Positions 35,586 through 48,329 of a stretch of 64,000 nt of DNA are shown here, one piece after another. Below the pieces are notes generated by a model. It made no database searches, was not told where the DNA came from, and saw only the letters and a list, made by a program, of their open reading frames with translations. The stretch spans positions 38,442,001 through 38,506,000 of the forward strand of contig CM097885.1 in assembly GCA_044892525.1 (NCBI GenBank), in the 5' to 3' direction. Both the position numbers and the translations under genes were made by a program. The stretch comes from Schmidtea polychroa. Its lineage: Eukaryota. How positions within the stretch are numbered: the first letter of the stretch is position 1; the number at the start of each line of letters is the position of its first letter.

Positions 35586-36936
35586 GATAAGAAGCTCCAC
35601 TAAGGCAACAAACATAATAAAAAATATTATAATGTTTAAAATGAAATAAATTTAGATATAATTAATTATTAACTTTTGTTATTAAGGATAAAAGTGAAAT
35701 TTAAAAATTAGAGATTCAGCAACTAGCCAATGCCAAGCCACTGCATAAATGTTCGAATATTGTTTATTTTTCCTTATTTGAAAACAAATGTTCAAAATAT
35801 AGTGTGATCTATATTTAAAAATTCACTAAATAAAATATATTCTCAAAATGTTTAATTTTAAACAAAATATTTATTTTAATTTCATTAAAAAATATTTTAG
35901 AAAATTTCAGTTTTTACTTGCAAATTTAAATATTTTTCTAATTTAAATGATCTGTTAAAAAATCGTTTTTAATGAACCTCGTCCCGCTTGAGGTTGAATT
36001 TTCAATTGGAAAAATCTTTATTTTTTGTTATTTAACCCGTTCAGGTGAAGCTCACCCAGTCAAACATGGAGTCTGCGGAAAATGCATTTTCTTTCATCAG
36101 AAACACATTTTCACGATTGTTGTAAATTTTATACGATTCATGCTTTACAGAGACAACGAGGGATAATTTTAGATTATTTTAACAAGATCTGTTAAATGTC
36201 TCCCATCAAATTCATCATATATGATAATCTTATAATGGACTAAGAAGACCGCTAATAAGACAGGATTTGAGGGATCAGAGTCTCAGGGTAGATTAATAAT
36301 TTCCCCATTGAACAAGTTACAGTGAGACATGATTAAGAAAAAAATATTAAATAAACATACGGAAAAGTCGTTTTATAATAAATTTCATTTGAAAAATAAA
36401 AATAATTTCCCCTTTCGACAGAAAATGGTTTGATAAATCCAGACATCAATCTTTATTGAAATTTATTCAACTCTAAAATCCATAAAGAAATGAATTTTTT
36501 GTTTAATTGTTTAGATTTTTTTTTGTTTTGGAAATTTTAATTCAATAAATCGTTTTGTGGAGAATTAATTCAATCTGGATAATTTCGATTTCTGAAATAT
36601 TTATTTGATATTTAATTTAAATAATTCAAAATTTCGATTCAACTTGTAAATTTGTTTTTGTAAAAAATAAACTTTCAAATTTGAAATTTGATATTACATT
36701 TTTTGAATATTTAAACAATTTTGTTAAGTGTATTTGTAATGGAAAGTTTGTTAAAATTGTTTATTAATTACTTTATGTGGAAATCTTTTTTATTTTTGTT
36801 TGGAATTGTTTTAGTTAAAGAAGTTCCAAAAAACTACCATGTAATTGAAAATCAAGGGTTGTTGTACGAAGCCTGAATGTCTATAATACGTGATAGGCAT
36901 GGTAGGCTTCTCATGGCAATCAACGCGTTGAATTAC

Positions 36937-37282
36937 TGTTGAGGACACCTAAATAACAAATTTATAAATAAATAAATAAAATTACTCGGGGAAAAATCGT
37001 CATGACAAATGGAAACAACCAGTTAAATTATCAATTGTTAAACTCCACAGTTTTGAGAGATTCATCAAATCAAGGTTATACACGTGTGCTATTCTTCACC
37101 ATTGTGTTATAATAAGCACTGTATAATCGGTAGTTAGCTTGTTGAGCCAATTGTATCATCGTGGAAATATTTGTGATATTCAATAAAGTTTCCAGTGTTA
37201 ATTGTTATTTGTGAGTCAACGCTTGGAGTCAGAGAAACAATTCATAAAATTTAAATTTCAGCAACAACCCAATAACCAAACA
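36937..37282. mobile_element. Internally deleted solo LTR (family B)
   Basis: TGTT...AACA termini, perfect 4-bp TSD TTAC, matches both ends of 29615-30592. Confidence 0.8.
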
Positions 37283-37739
37283 TTACTGAGTACAGACATG
37301 TCTATTTGAATTTGTTTTTCACAGACCAAGAAAGCTCTTGTTAGAAGAGACTTGTTTATTAAATTCATTTTATCACGATAAAACAAGCATAATTTCACCA
37401 AAGAGATGCAAATTTTTTCCTAGGTCAGAATATTCACATAATATAATTTCCTTAGAATATTTATCAATCATTATAAAAATCATTAGAACCATAAAAACAC
37501 ATTTTCTTATTTTAAATTAACGATCATCAGAAAATTATAAAATTAATTATTTATTAAGCAAATTTCAAAAATCTATGTCTGTAGTCAAAGTGACAAGTAT
37601 ATAAACAAACAAATTTTGTTAGACTTTCGGTGATAAAACATTGATATAAACATTGACGATTTATGGGATTAAATAAAAATATGTTGTACCATATACACTG
37701 CAAATTTTAGTGAAGACCTTATTGACCTATCTTTCTTTG

Positions 37740-38035
37740 ATCTCAAAATACCGACAGATGAAAAGCCAGCTATGCAAAGAAATATCCTCCTCGTTAAAAA
37801 AAATTACAATCCACCAAAGCAAATAGAAATCAGGAAAGAAGACATTGGAATGCTGAAACCCAGCTTGTTCGTTACCAGAAAAACAAAACCTTTCTTCTCT
37901 TCTCTCAATATCAATGTGAACTTCCTTGACACTGCTCCTGAAACATATGCAAGGAACCCCGATCACAATCAACAACTTCAAAATATTAGTGAACTACAAG
38001 TTGTAAATGATTTCACGGAAAGAGGTTGTTTACGT
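37740..38035 (+). pseudogene. DNA-transposase C-terminal fragment (hATm-like)
   Basis: FFSSLNINVNFL...LQVVNDFTERG resembles the L.VVND.AERG motif. Confidence 0.55.
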
Positions 38036-38634
38036 TTAAGACACATCAGAAGAATTTCTTTGTAATTAATCGCATCCCACGCTTTATTTGTACAAAACCA
38101 TTGTTTGTTAAACCATTTAACGTGTCCAATAACTTGAGATTGAGCCATGATTGAATTTGAAACATTGGATAATTGTTCAACACTTTGGCTAATAAACATT
38201 TGAATTGTGTTGATCCTTTTAAGAGCTCGATTAAATAGAATATCATATTCATAAGTTAGCAATTTTATCTTTTTATCGCTAATGTCATAAATGGTTTCAG
38301 ATAATTTACGAATATCTTTAAATTTTTGGGGCAATTTCATAAACACATCTTGAAGTTCCTCTTCTGTCATTTCATGATTTACAGAAATTAAATCGTTGAT
38401 TTCCAATCGTTTTGATAAACTTTGAAAAATTGAATTAATGTCAATTAGAAATTTTGAAATATAAACGAATTCATAAAAATCTTGATTATCTATGACATTT
38501 ACATTACTTCCACTAATAATTTGCAACGATCTTGCTGAGCCACGATCACATGGACGAGTTTCACTGCTGAAAAGACATCTCTTCGCTATATTGCTCATTG
38601 AAATACGACATATCAAACATTCATTATCTTCCAT
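37978..38634 (-). CDS. Uncharacterised ORF with N-terminal CxxC, helical middle and the start of a cold-shock domain; truncated
   Basis: 218-aa ORF in AT-rich DNA; GHVKWFN resembles the CSD beta-1 motif, then the ORF runs into the transposase fragment. Confidence 0.4.
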   Translation of the reverse strand: MEDNECLICRISMSNIAKRCLFSSETRPCDRGSARSLQIISGSNVNVIDNQDFYEFVYISKFLIDINSIFQSLSKRLEINDLISVNHEMTEEELQDVFMKLPQKFKDIRKLSETIYDISDKKIKLLTYEYDILFNRALKRINTIQMFISQSVEQLSNVSNSIMAQSQVIGHVKWFNKQWFCTNKAWDAINYKEILLMCLKRKQPLSVKSFTTCSSLIF

Positions 38635-39299
38635 ATTTTACTAAGGCCGAAAATTCAAAAACAACCCGAATTACCAAAATTATAAATCAATTCTAAAAAA
38701 CTTCCAGAATTCGAATCATATTTCCAAAATCGATAGAAATCAAAAACACAAAAATTCTCACCAAATCGAAATCTATCAAAACTGAAATAAATATTCACAA
38801 TTGTTTGCGTCTGTGTGTGCACAAAAGTCAAACCCAAAAACAAGTTAAAGCGCACACAGACGCGCGACCCGATAATTAACCAGAGGTGGTCTTAATAATA
38901 CAATTCAATGTGGTGGGTTACAGGTACTGTAAAATCTTTACCTCCTCATGCTGTTTCCAGCGTAACCCAGAATACAATTTATAGCTGACCACTTGATACC
39001 CGTTGAGCAATCAACGTTGGTACTGTATCAAGGGTTTGGGCGCTAGCAAAAAGTGAGCATGCTTAACATACTATAATTGTCTAGCACCCACTGGGGTTCA
39101 CGGACTGCCGATAGAAGGCCTATGTCCGATTTCTTTTCGTCCCCGTTACGACAATTAACATTGTAATAAAAGAAAATCAAAATGCCCCGCTATGGACGCA
39201 CTAGTGAAGATTTATTTGGACAACATGAATAACTTATCGTGTGCTGGTCGGCCCCCTTGGTGTAGCCTCTGATTCAGTAGCATGGAGAGCTAATTGGGC

Positions 39300-39698
39300 C
39301 TAGCTGGCCTGCCTTATCCTCGCTCGCGCCGCTTTTCCCGGCCGAATCTTCTTCCTTGGGGCTACTGCTGTTGGGGCGTTTTCCTTCGATTGACGGAGCA
39401 ACTCATCTAAGGGCCGGATCTTGGCAATGACCTCTCGCTCCAGCTCCTGTTGATGCACCTTGACTTCCAGTTCCCTCACTCTTAGGCGGAGGGCCCGCAA
39501 CTCAATCTGGTCTTGTGCATTCTGAAGTTGTAGTTGGGTAATCAACTTCATCCTCTTCTTCATCTCCGCTGGTGGGAACCAGGTGCACTCGAAGTTCCGA
39601 CAGTGGGCCTTGACTCGTGTCCACTTGGTCCGGTATCCTTCCGCCTGTCGTTGTGCCTGTTCCCTATCGGCTCGCATCTCTTCCAAGAGTTCCTGCAC
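39300..39698 (-). CDS. LTR-encoded coiled-coil protein (ORF2; probably a spliced exon)
   Basis: Homologous to 57582-58052 (LLE..R.DR..AQ.Q.E, C...E.TWF.P..MKK, AQDQ.E.RAL); begins at TTTTAG|TG acceptor. Confidence 0.8.
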   Translation of the reverse strand: MQELLEEMRADREQAQRQAEGYRTKWTRVKAHCRNFECTWFPPAEMKKRMKLITQLQLQNAQDQIELRALRLRVRELEVKVHQQELEREVIAKIRPLDELLRQSKENAPTAVAPRKKIRPGKAARARIRQAS

Positions 39699-40203
39699 TA
39701 AAACAAAGGTAACATCAATATCTTTCTACATTATTGTCGATGTATTCTTGCCCTATCGCGGCCACCATCACTAAACGAGCCACTATCCTCACCCCATAAC
39801 CCCGCATTTATGTGCCTCTAAACCCCGTTCCACTCCTAGGAGTCTCTCCAAAGACTCGTGGTGCTGTTAAGGATACTGACCCTTAGCTGTATCGCGGTCA
39901 AACTACGTGAAAAGTCTATAATTGAGTTACGAGTAATAACAAACTACTAACATCAGGTGGGCATAATCGATGAGTTTGCCAGTTAACTTTAATTACCAAA
40001 TAAAAAAAATGTTCACAATTAGATTATTATACAAGACATAAATTAGTAACCAAGGACGTTTATCGAGTTAAACAATAATGTACATTTAAAGGTCGAAATC
40101 AATACATGCAAACTGTAAATTTTATTCAACCGAATACGGTCATAGATCAATGTGAATTTGCTCGCGGCACGGTACCGCACAGTGTTGATTCTTGATCTGG
40201 TTA

Positions 40204-40668
40204 TCACTTTGATTTGGCTGGATTGATCTTTCGTGGGCGACCGCGCTTTCGTGTTTGCTCCGGCTCTCGATAGGGACTTCGCGGCCATTCCAGTCCACGG
40301 CGGAGGGCTGCGGTCCGCTTAGGATGACATTGGGCTCGAGCGTAGCCGTCGCAGTCTTCTAATTCACCAGCCAAAGTTGCTTCCTCGAGCCGGTGTAGTC
40401 GATCTATCGCCACCGTCACCTCGTCAAAGGCGTCGATCAAAGCTAATGACGTGCGATTGAGGTAAGGCTCCACCTTTGGGGCCACTGGGATCACATTCTG
40501 ATAGGTCCAGTCATGGATCTTGTACCAGATCCATCTGGACCGTAGCCGGGCGATTTCTGTGTCCTCTCTCAATCGGACGGCTTCGTCTGCTTCCTCGCCG
40601 GTAATTTCTAGGCTCGAGTCGACTGATGAGGGGCCGGCCGGCATATTCCTTGACCTAGTGTTGGGCAT
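40204..40668 (-). CDS. LTR-encoded AT-hook protein (ORF1)
   Basis: RLRSRWIWYKIHDW and C-terminal RKRGRPRK shared with 57007-57372; GC-rich coding island; acceptor TACAG two nt before the ATG. Confidence 0.8.
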   Translation of the reverse strand: MPNTRSRNMPAGPSSVDSSLEITGEEADEAVRLREDTEIARLRSRWIWYKIHDWTYQNVIPVAPKVEPYLNRTSLALIDAFDEVTVAIDRLHRLEEATLAGELEDCDGYARAQCHPKRTAALRRGLEWPRSPYREPEQTRKRGRPRKINPAKSK

Positions 40669-41689
40669 GACTGTAATATAAACAAAATATTAGAACCAAT
40701 CTTTGTACTTCTATTACGTTTGATCACTCCAAAATGTCCAAATACCTCATTACAATTTATATACACGCATAACACCCAACCAGTTCAACAGACAATGATT
40801 TGTAGGCGAAGTAAATTAATTTACGAATTTATTTCTATATTTGGTTCATATATCCAATTTAATAAATTAGTTCCAGATTACTAAATTAAATCAAGTTCCT
40901 ATATTCCAGATCGGTAAATTAGGTTTATCAACTTAAGGGTGGGCATAATTAAGGTAGACAATTTCGCATTAAAATAAATATTTGAATGAAATTTCATAAA
41001 TTAAATTAAAATAGATATTTGAATGAATTAATTAACTGAAAAATTTGAATTTCATAAGTCGATTAAAATTACCCGTCCAAATGGATTTGTTTATCTTAAT
41101 TAAAATTTTAATTCATTATTTCACAATAAGCTCTCTTTCTTAAAAGGAAATTTCTCTTTTTAATCTACAAAATTTTGCTGCTAAGACCCACTACGAGGGA
41201 GAACATTGCTATGTATCGAAAATTATATTCGGTCCCTAGTAATTTCTAACCGTAGGGGTTGTGGGTAGCTCTATCCTCATCCTAAGGGGCAAGTAACTAA
41301 AATTTGTTAAATTTTCTATTCGTTTCATTTCAGGAATTCAATCTTCCCAACTCCCATTTCAATCAAGGAATATATCTGGATAAATTTTCTAGACAGTCGT
41401 GGGCTAATGACAGTTTACATGTGCCCTCTTACTTCATTTGCAAGTTGTTTGTACTCCATTTTTGGTCATCCCAATTTTTGGTGTCTACATTTATACGTAC
41501 AGTGGAAATGCCAGAATGAAGTTTTTGCTCAAAGGGGTTTTGGCGAGTCCCCTTTTTCGCTTACCTTCCTACATCCGGGGTAAGACTTTTCTAGTGACTG
41601 AGAAGGTTTGGTAAATGAGTTTTATGATTATTACTAAATATAATTTTTCGTTCTTGTTGAATTTACTAATAATAACCTTAAGAATGAGG

Positions 41690-42090
41690 TTGGTAATAAT
41701 AATAGTAATAGTAATGATACAAAATACATTAATAATAATACTCATTGTAATAATAATATTAAAATAATAGTAATAATAGTGACACGAAATATATTAATAA
41801 TAATACTCATTGTAACAATAATATTAAATTTACCGTAATGATAATGATACGAAATATTAATAATAATACTCATTGTAATAATAATATTAAATTTACCGTA
41901 GTGATAATGATACGAAATATATTAATAATAATACTCATTGTAATAATAATATTAAAATAATAGTAATAATAGTGACACGAAATATATTAATAATACCCAT
42001 TGTAACAATAATATTAAATTTACAGTAATGATAATGATACGAAATATTAATAATAATACTCATTGTAATAATAATATTAGTAAGAATGAT
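41690..42090. repeat. AT-rich minisatellite inside the giant LTR
   Basis: Repeated ACGAAATATTAATAATAATACTCATTGTAATAATAATATTAAA units. Confidence 0.85.
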
Positions 42091-42844
42091 GGAGATAAAA
42101 ATAATAATAAGAAGAGCAATAATCATAACAACGAGGATGGTAATATTAGTAATGATAATAACCTCAATAATAACAAAGACAATATGGTTAATGATGGTAC
42201 TAATAAACATAGATTCGTAGAGTATGGGATTACCACATGTGGGAAATCACTTGCGGAAAAATCATGAACTCATTTTTCGCCCTGAGATGTACAATGATAT
42301 TTCTAAGAGTAAAGTAAGTCAACTAGGTTCCTACAGCAAATTAAACTAATACTTTTAGGTAGTCCTTAGGGACTATAGGAATCGAAGAGTTATTTATACA
42401 AACTTACGGGTAATCCTCCTACGTCACAATAAGTTGATTATGGCAAGAGCATTTATGAAAATTTATAACTCGTCATTTTTCGCATACCAAAATTCTAGCT
42501 AGATTTTAAAATGAGCTGATTTAGGACACAACGGGTAATGAAGGTATATTTCGGGGGGGGGGTCATTTAAGAAACTTGTAATTTAGTTTTTTCTGAACCT
42601 AATATAAGTTAAATATACATCAAGGAAACTTTATACTCCTATATACTTCCATAAGGTAATAATATACATTTTAGTAAAGTAAATCTGTTGAAAATTAATA
42701 ATAATAATAGAAAATTAATAATAATACTAGAAAATTAATAATAATAATCATAATGATCCTAAAGATGGAAATTGCTAAATTAACATTGGGACATATTACT
42801 ATCTAAAATTATACATTAACATGAGTTCATTTAGGAAATTTGGT

Positions 42845-42905
<61 letters not shown>

Positions 42906-45383
42906 GGGGGTCATTTTGAAAAAATCTATGATTTATCCTTTTCTAAGTATAATGTAAATACGTATTAAGGAAGTTAATGTACTTGTATATGCCATTATAT
43001 GGCAACGATATACCCCCTTTTCTTAATGTAGTTTTTAGAAGATCAATCATGATAATAGCAAGGACACCCAAATTGATAATATTATTAGGACTCAAAAAAA
43101 AATTTCTTTGAAGATTTTATGTCATCTACCTTTCAATACGCATAGAGGCAATAAAAATTGTTAAGGGATTTATAAAATATTTATTGAACGTGAACTAAAA
43201 TACATTAAACAAAATTATGAATAGTAGTACTAAATTTAGTTAATATCAGGTATTAGTTTATGCAATTAGCCGACTACCGAAAGCCTCTGTATTAATTTGA
43301 GTCTGGGATATTTCCCGTTTAGATGATCCTAGTGGTCTGTTTCCTATATCAGAATTAAGTGTTGATTTTTGGTATGTCGTTTACTGAAAAGTCGAGTTAA
43401 TTAAAATTTTCCTACTTTCCCGACCCAACTGGATACGGTACGATAGGCCTTATTGTATTATGTTTCCCGCGATTACTTTCCCGAAGTTTATTTCGTCCGC
43501 ATAGTCCCTGTGACTATGCCAACTACCGGTATGGGTTTACCGCCCTACTCCTGGTTAGAACCATTAGTTCGTGGCGACCTCCGGTTAAAAAAAAAATTTA
43601 GATTTTTATGCATGTGGGGTCGTAGACCCAAAATTTGTGCGTGTGGTCTATTAATTGGAAACAAGGCTGATCAGCATAGTGACTATAACCCGTTCACAAT
43701 GCTGGGCACTCTTATTTCGTGATAGTAAGATTAAACAAAAAAAACAAAAAGTTAATCAATATAATGAAATGAAATCACAAATAATAAAATAACAATTATA
43801 AATTAAATAACAATCATGATAAAATTAATCAATCGTCCTTACTATTAGTGGGTTCCGAATTTTTCAAGAAAAATTTTGGCATAAAAAAGATTAAATTGTG
43901 ACTAAAATGCGTCGGTATATATACCTATTTTGTACACGTGTATGTATTGATGCATTAAAACAAACTCGAATTCTTTTTATTCCAGAATTTTCTATTTTGT
44001 AATTTTGATATTTTTAATGGCGATTTTTGCGTCATAATTTTTATTTTTATTTTTAAAATTTTATTTCCTAAATATTTTTTGCTAATTTTTCCTCCATGAT
44101 GGATTTGGAACGGTTCCAGAACATTCCATATTACTTTTAATTCAATCTTTATTTTTAACTGATATTTTACGAATTTCTTTTTAAGAAATTTTATTTTTAA
44201 TACTAATTTATTTATTTTTTTTTTAAATTTTATTGTTTAAGGTAGCTTTTATGATGGTCATCGCCATTTTTATGGAATGTTCTGGGTTTTTCTGGATTTT
44301 TTTGCTATTTTTACCATCTTTTAAGTTATTCGAGTTTGTTTTTTGTAACTCTGTGTTTATTTGGCTATTTTTGAGTTAGATTTTGCATAACTTCTTGTTT
44401 TTGTATAATTTTATTTAATTTCTGTGTTTTAGGTTTTTGTTGTTTTTTTTCCTTTAATTACCATTGGTTATTTGGTGTAGTTTTTAATATTTAACTATAC
44501 TTTTTGCTTTTTGCATGCTGTGTACCTACACATTTCGGTCACAATTAGAAATTTGGGTCTAGAAGTCAGTTCTAGCCCAACAAATGCACAAATTACTCAC
44601 AATTTCTTTTCCCGATTCTTGCAAGATAACATGTGTTTTGATGCTTTAGTCATTATTGTTGGACATCGTACTAGTACTTTTATTTCCATGTTTTCATATT
44701 TATACACAATATGCAGTTGTTTTGTGAAGACTTAGCTTATTACGGGAACTAACGTAATTCACAGGAATATATTGCAAATGGCATTAAACGCTTAGTATTA
44801 CAATGTAGATAAGGCACTTCTAAATATTTTCCGAATTCAAAAATATTTCACCGCGTATATTCATCAAATGGAACATTTTTAAGGGGTGGGGCCATTAAAA
44901 TTTCCACTTTTGAAAATTAGGACCACCCTAATATGCAGCTTTGATATAATAAATGCGACTTAATTAATTGTTTAAATATGCCGTCTAAATTGCATGATTT
45001 CTTCCCGGGTCTAACTTTGGTTTACGAATTCTATTAATCATTTCAATTGCTATTTTATCCACCAAACTCAGATATTTCAAATGAAAATGATTACAAATAT
45101 TTTTGCATGATAATATGACAATTGAATAATTCTGCCTTGAAATAAACGGGACCCAAAATATGTGGGAAATGAGATTTTGGCGATATAATTAAAAATATCA
45201 CTGAAAAGAAATCATGGGGAATAAATATTTTGATAAAATTCATTTTACTTAATAAATTTCTCTTTTTCGTAATATTATGTCCAAGTTAGTCATATACGAT
45301 TGACACAGTCACTTTTAATGAAAGCCACCTCATTCATGACCATTGCATAAATTTGTATTATATTTTGAAAGTGTCACCTTTGC

Positions 45384-46042
45384 TAAGGTAAACAGACGTC
45401 CCGCTTTTGGCGCGATAGTCCCGATTTTTCACGATTTATCCCGCGTACCGCAACGTTTTTCAAAAGTCCCGACTTTTAGAATTAAGTTAAATTTTATGTT
45501 TATGAAAATCATTTTTTTGCATTCTAAGAATCCTACGGACTACTAAGACTAACATATTTTCTTACCTAGTTACATTGTATTTGTTTCTCAGATGATACAC
45601 TTCGTGTTCGTACTGCGTGCTAGAAAGCTAATTAAACAAATAAATATTACAAATCTGCTACTTACCATAGAAAATTAAGGTAAGTAATTTTTTTATATTT
45701 ATACGCGTTTTCTCTACAGTAAATCAATCGTGGACATCAGAAAAATCATAATTAAGTGTTGAAACTTTGAAAGCCATTTTAAGTGTCAAATATAATTTGA
45801 CAAATTCTTGTGAATATTTTTACAATATTTTAAAATATGACAACAATCTACTGAAAAAAATTCACTCAAATAAAAAATATGCCAAGGAATAAAATATACA
45901 ATTTTTTATATTTATAAATTGTACTTATGTTAAAAATCAAAAAATATTACCATATTATTTTTATTCTATATGAAAGTTTTTGTTGATAACCCCCTCCTTC
46001 AAAGTTGTCTCGCTATGCCCATCTAAATATCTGGTCACCTTA
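45384..46042 (-). mobile_element. Non-autonomous hAT, copy 2
   Basis: Inverted homologue of 12541-13187; 8-bp near-TSD ACCTTTGC/ATCTTTGC. Confidence 0.87.
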
Positions 46043-46335
46043 ATCTTTGCAGATGTGCATGAAAATGTTATGAAAAAAGTAAATATATATTTGTTTTTAT
46101 TTTATTAATCAAATTAAATATTAATTCAACTTTGGCCCATGGAGTATTTCATCATGTTTATAGGCTTCATTTAATTTCATTCTTCTTGTCATTGTGAAGT
46201 TTGAAAAACGATCCTGTTTTTTTACATAAATAGGTTGAAAGATTTATTCAAATTTTTTAAAATCATTTTTTGAAGTTGATAAAAACTCGTTTGAGGTGGT
46301 CAATAAATTGATAGCCAATTTATAAATACATTTTC

Positions 46336-47394
46336 ATGAGCAAAATTAAAGCAATTAAGCCAAGTACACTTAGCAGTGACAAACAAATCGCTACCCCATC
46401 TAGAAGTGATCGCTACAAAATGGAAAAGCGTCTTGGCGAAGGAGGATTTTGTGAAGTATTCAAAGCAAAAGACACAGTCACTGGAATGTATGTCGCCATT
46501 AAAAGAACCGATAGAAGTAAACCTACTTACCAGAAATATTCTTCAGCCGAAGTTGAAAAGAAAATCAAAAAGATCATGTATAAAGAAGCCGCTATTATGA
46601 AGAGTTTAAACCATGAAAACCTTCTTAAGTTTTTTGAATTAATAGATGACGAAGTCAATATATTTTTAGTAATAGAATTAGCTGAAGGAGGAGAATTATT
46701 TGAATTTATTATTTCCAGGGGGAAATTATCTGAAAAGGATGCCACTATTATTATGGAACAAATCATGAATGCGGTCCATTATATGCATACCCAAGGTTTC
46801 ATTCATCGAGATATTAAGCCGGAGAATGTTCTTTTTAAGTCTCCTGACGAAAACTCAAAGATTGTGTTAGCTGATTTTGGTTTGTCCAGACAAATTGATG
46901 ATTACATGTTGACAAGTTGCGGAACGATGGACTACTCTGCCCCTGAGCTTTTGAAGTCTAAATCGACTAAAGTGCCTTATTCCTGTAAGATTGATAATTG
47001 GAGTATTGGAGTTGTTTGCTATATTCTTTTATGTGGTTATCCTCCATTTTATTCTTTGAATCAAGATGACCAAGAAATTAAAAAGATGATTTTACTGGGG
47101 AATTATCAGTTTCATTCTCCTCATTGGAATATTATAAGTAAGGCGGCAAAAAGTCTCATTGCGTCTTTGTTAAAAGTAAATGCCAGTGACAGGATATCCT
47201 TAGACCAAGCTTTAAAGCATCAATGGATAGTCATGGGAGGTAACACTAAAGACATTTATCCGATAATTGAAACGAGTTTGAAAGAAACAATCGCTAGACA
47301 AAGATGGAGATGTCTTGGATTAACAGCAAATGCCATTCATAGTTTAAGTTTGGCCAGCCCAACGTTAACAACAAGATATGGAATAGAAAAATGA
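46336..47394 (+). CDS. Calcium/calmodulin-dependent protein kinase I-like Ser/Thr kinase, intronless
   Basis: GEGGF, VAIK, HRDIKPEN, DFG, TSCGT..YSAPE, YILLCGYPPF and a C-terminal basic/Trp CaM-binding-like helix (ARQRWR); AATAAA downstream. Confidence 0.92.
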   Translation: MSKIKAIKPSTLSSDKQIATPSRSDRYKMEKRLGEGGFCEVFKAKDTVTGMYVAIKRTDRSKPTYQKYSSAEVEKKIKKIMYKEAAIMKSLNHENLLKFFELIDDEVNIFLVIELAEGGELFEFIISRGKLSEKDATIIMEQIMNAVHYMHTQGFIHRDIKPENVLFKSPDENSKIVLADFGLSRQIDDYMLTSCGTMDYSAPELLKSKSTKVPYSCKIDNWSIGVVCYILLCGYPPFYSLNQDDQEIKKMILLGNYQFHSPHWNIISKAAKSLIASLLKVNASDRISLDQALKHQWIVMGGNTKDIYPIIETSLKETIARQRWRCLGLTANAIHSLSLASPTLTTRYGIEK

Positions 47395-47760
47395 GTTAAT
47401 TTTTATTCTTTAGACAATATCTGCATCAATTTCAGTTTATTACTTAATAGATTTTTACAGACTTTTGTGTTAAGCATGATTAATAAAAGTCATGCTTTTT
47501 ATTTAGATTTATTTTAATAAATATTTAGAAATTTTGGTTTAGAATAGACATGTTTATAAATGTTATTGGCTTAAAAATGAAACCAGTATCTGTGGAACTC
47601 GAGTCTTCACTACTTCATTACTCTTTATTGGGCATTGTGGTCATTTTGATCATAAATACAAACGTAATATTGTGAAAAAAATACTTTTGTCCTTGTTTTA
47701 TAATGTTAAAATACTGAATACTAATGTTAAAAAGAAAACATACATATAATAAACATTTAA

Positions 47761-47989
47761 CCACTTGCCGGGCGATTTTTTTTTTCATGTTTTCGGTCAA
47801 AAAAAAACTATTTTTTTTAAATCATTAATTAATAGTATATAATCAAAATATAATGTAAATATATTTTTTTTAATTTTCCGAGTTTGTATTCACTATTTTT
47901 TCTATATGAGTTTGCGCTCACATGTGAGCGCTCGCCCGAAATGGTATACATTTTTTGCACTTATATTTGAGCGCGCGCTCGGCAAGTGG
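47761..47989. mobile_element. TTAA-specific (piggyBac-type) MITE
   Basis: TIRs CCACTTGCCG.GCG / CGCTCGGCAAGTGG, each flanked by TTAA. Confidence 0.88.
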
Positions 47990-48329
47990 TTAATAACTAA
48001 ATTACATATTTGTTGAAAATGACTATTAAAACCCTAAGCGTCCATGAAAATGAGAAATAATGAGGGTTAACCCAATTATATCTATGAATGTATTTAATTT
48101 ATATTGTGAGACCTGTAAGAACTCGTCCATGGTAAATGCTGTAAATAATCTTTCAAAAAATAACTTATTTGTTTATATCTGGTGCCTTTACTTTGAAGAC
48201 ATCGTTATTACAAGTGTTTTTTTTTTGAAAGGCAGTATTTGTTTTTATCTAAAGTCACCTTACGGTAAGATTTTAGTTTAGACCCCAACCATACAAATTA
48301 TTTATATCTATATACAATAATTCTGTATC

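Larger units (their letters stand above)
38911..44582 (-). mobile_element. Giant solo LTR (family A), 5.67 kb
   Basis: Minus strand reads TGTTGGGCTAGAACTGA...GTAACCCACCA; 4-bp TSD AATG at 38907-38910 and 44583-44586; ends homologous to 54180-58450. Confidence 0.9.

Noticed and set aside
41935..42267. Hydrophobic and Asn-rich ORFs here and at 56121-56563
   Set aside because: Degenerate AAT/ATT repeats inside the LTRs
12541..46042. Composite transposon bounded by the two inverted hAT MITE copies
   Set aside because: Copy 2 has its own 8-bp TSD and each copy has both TIRs
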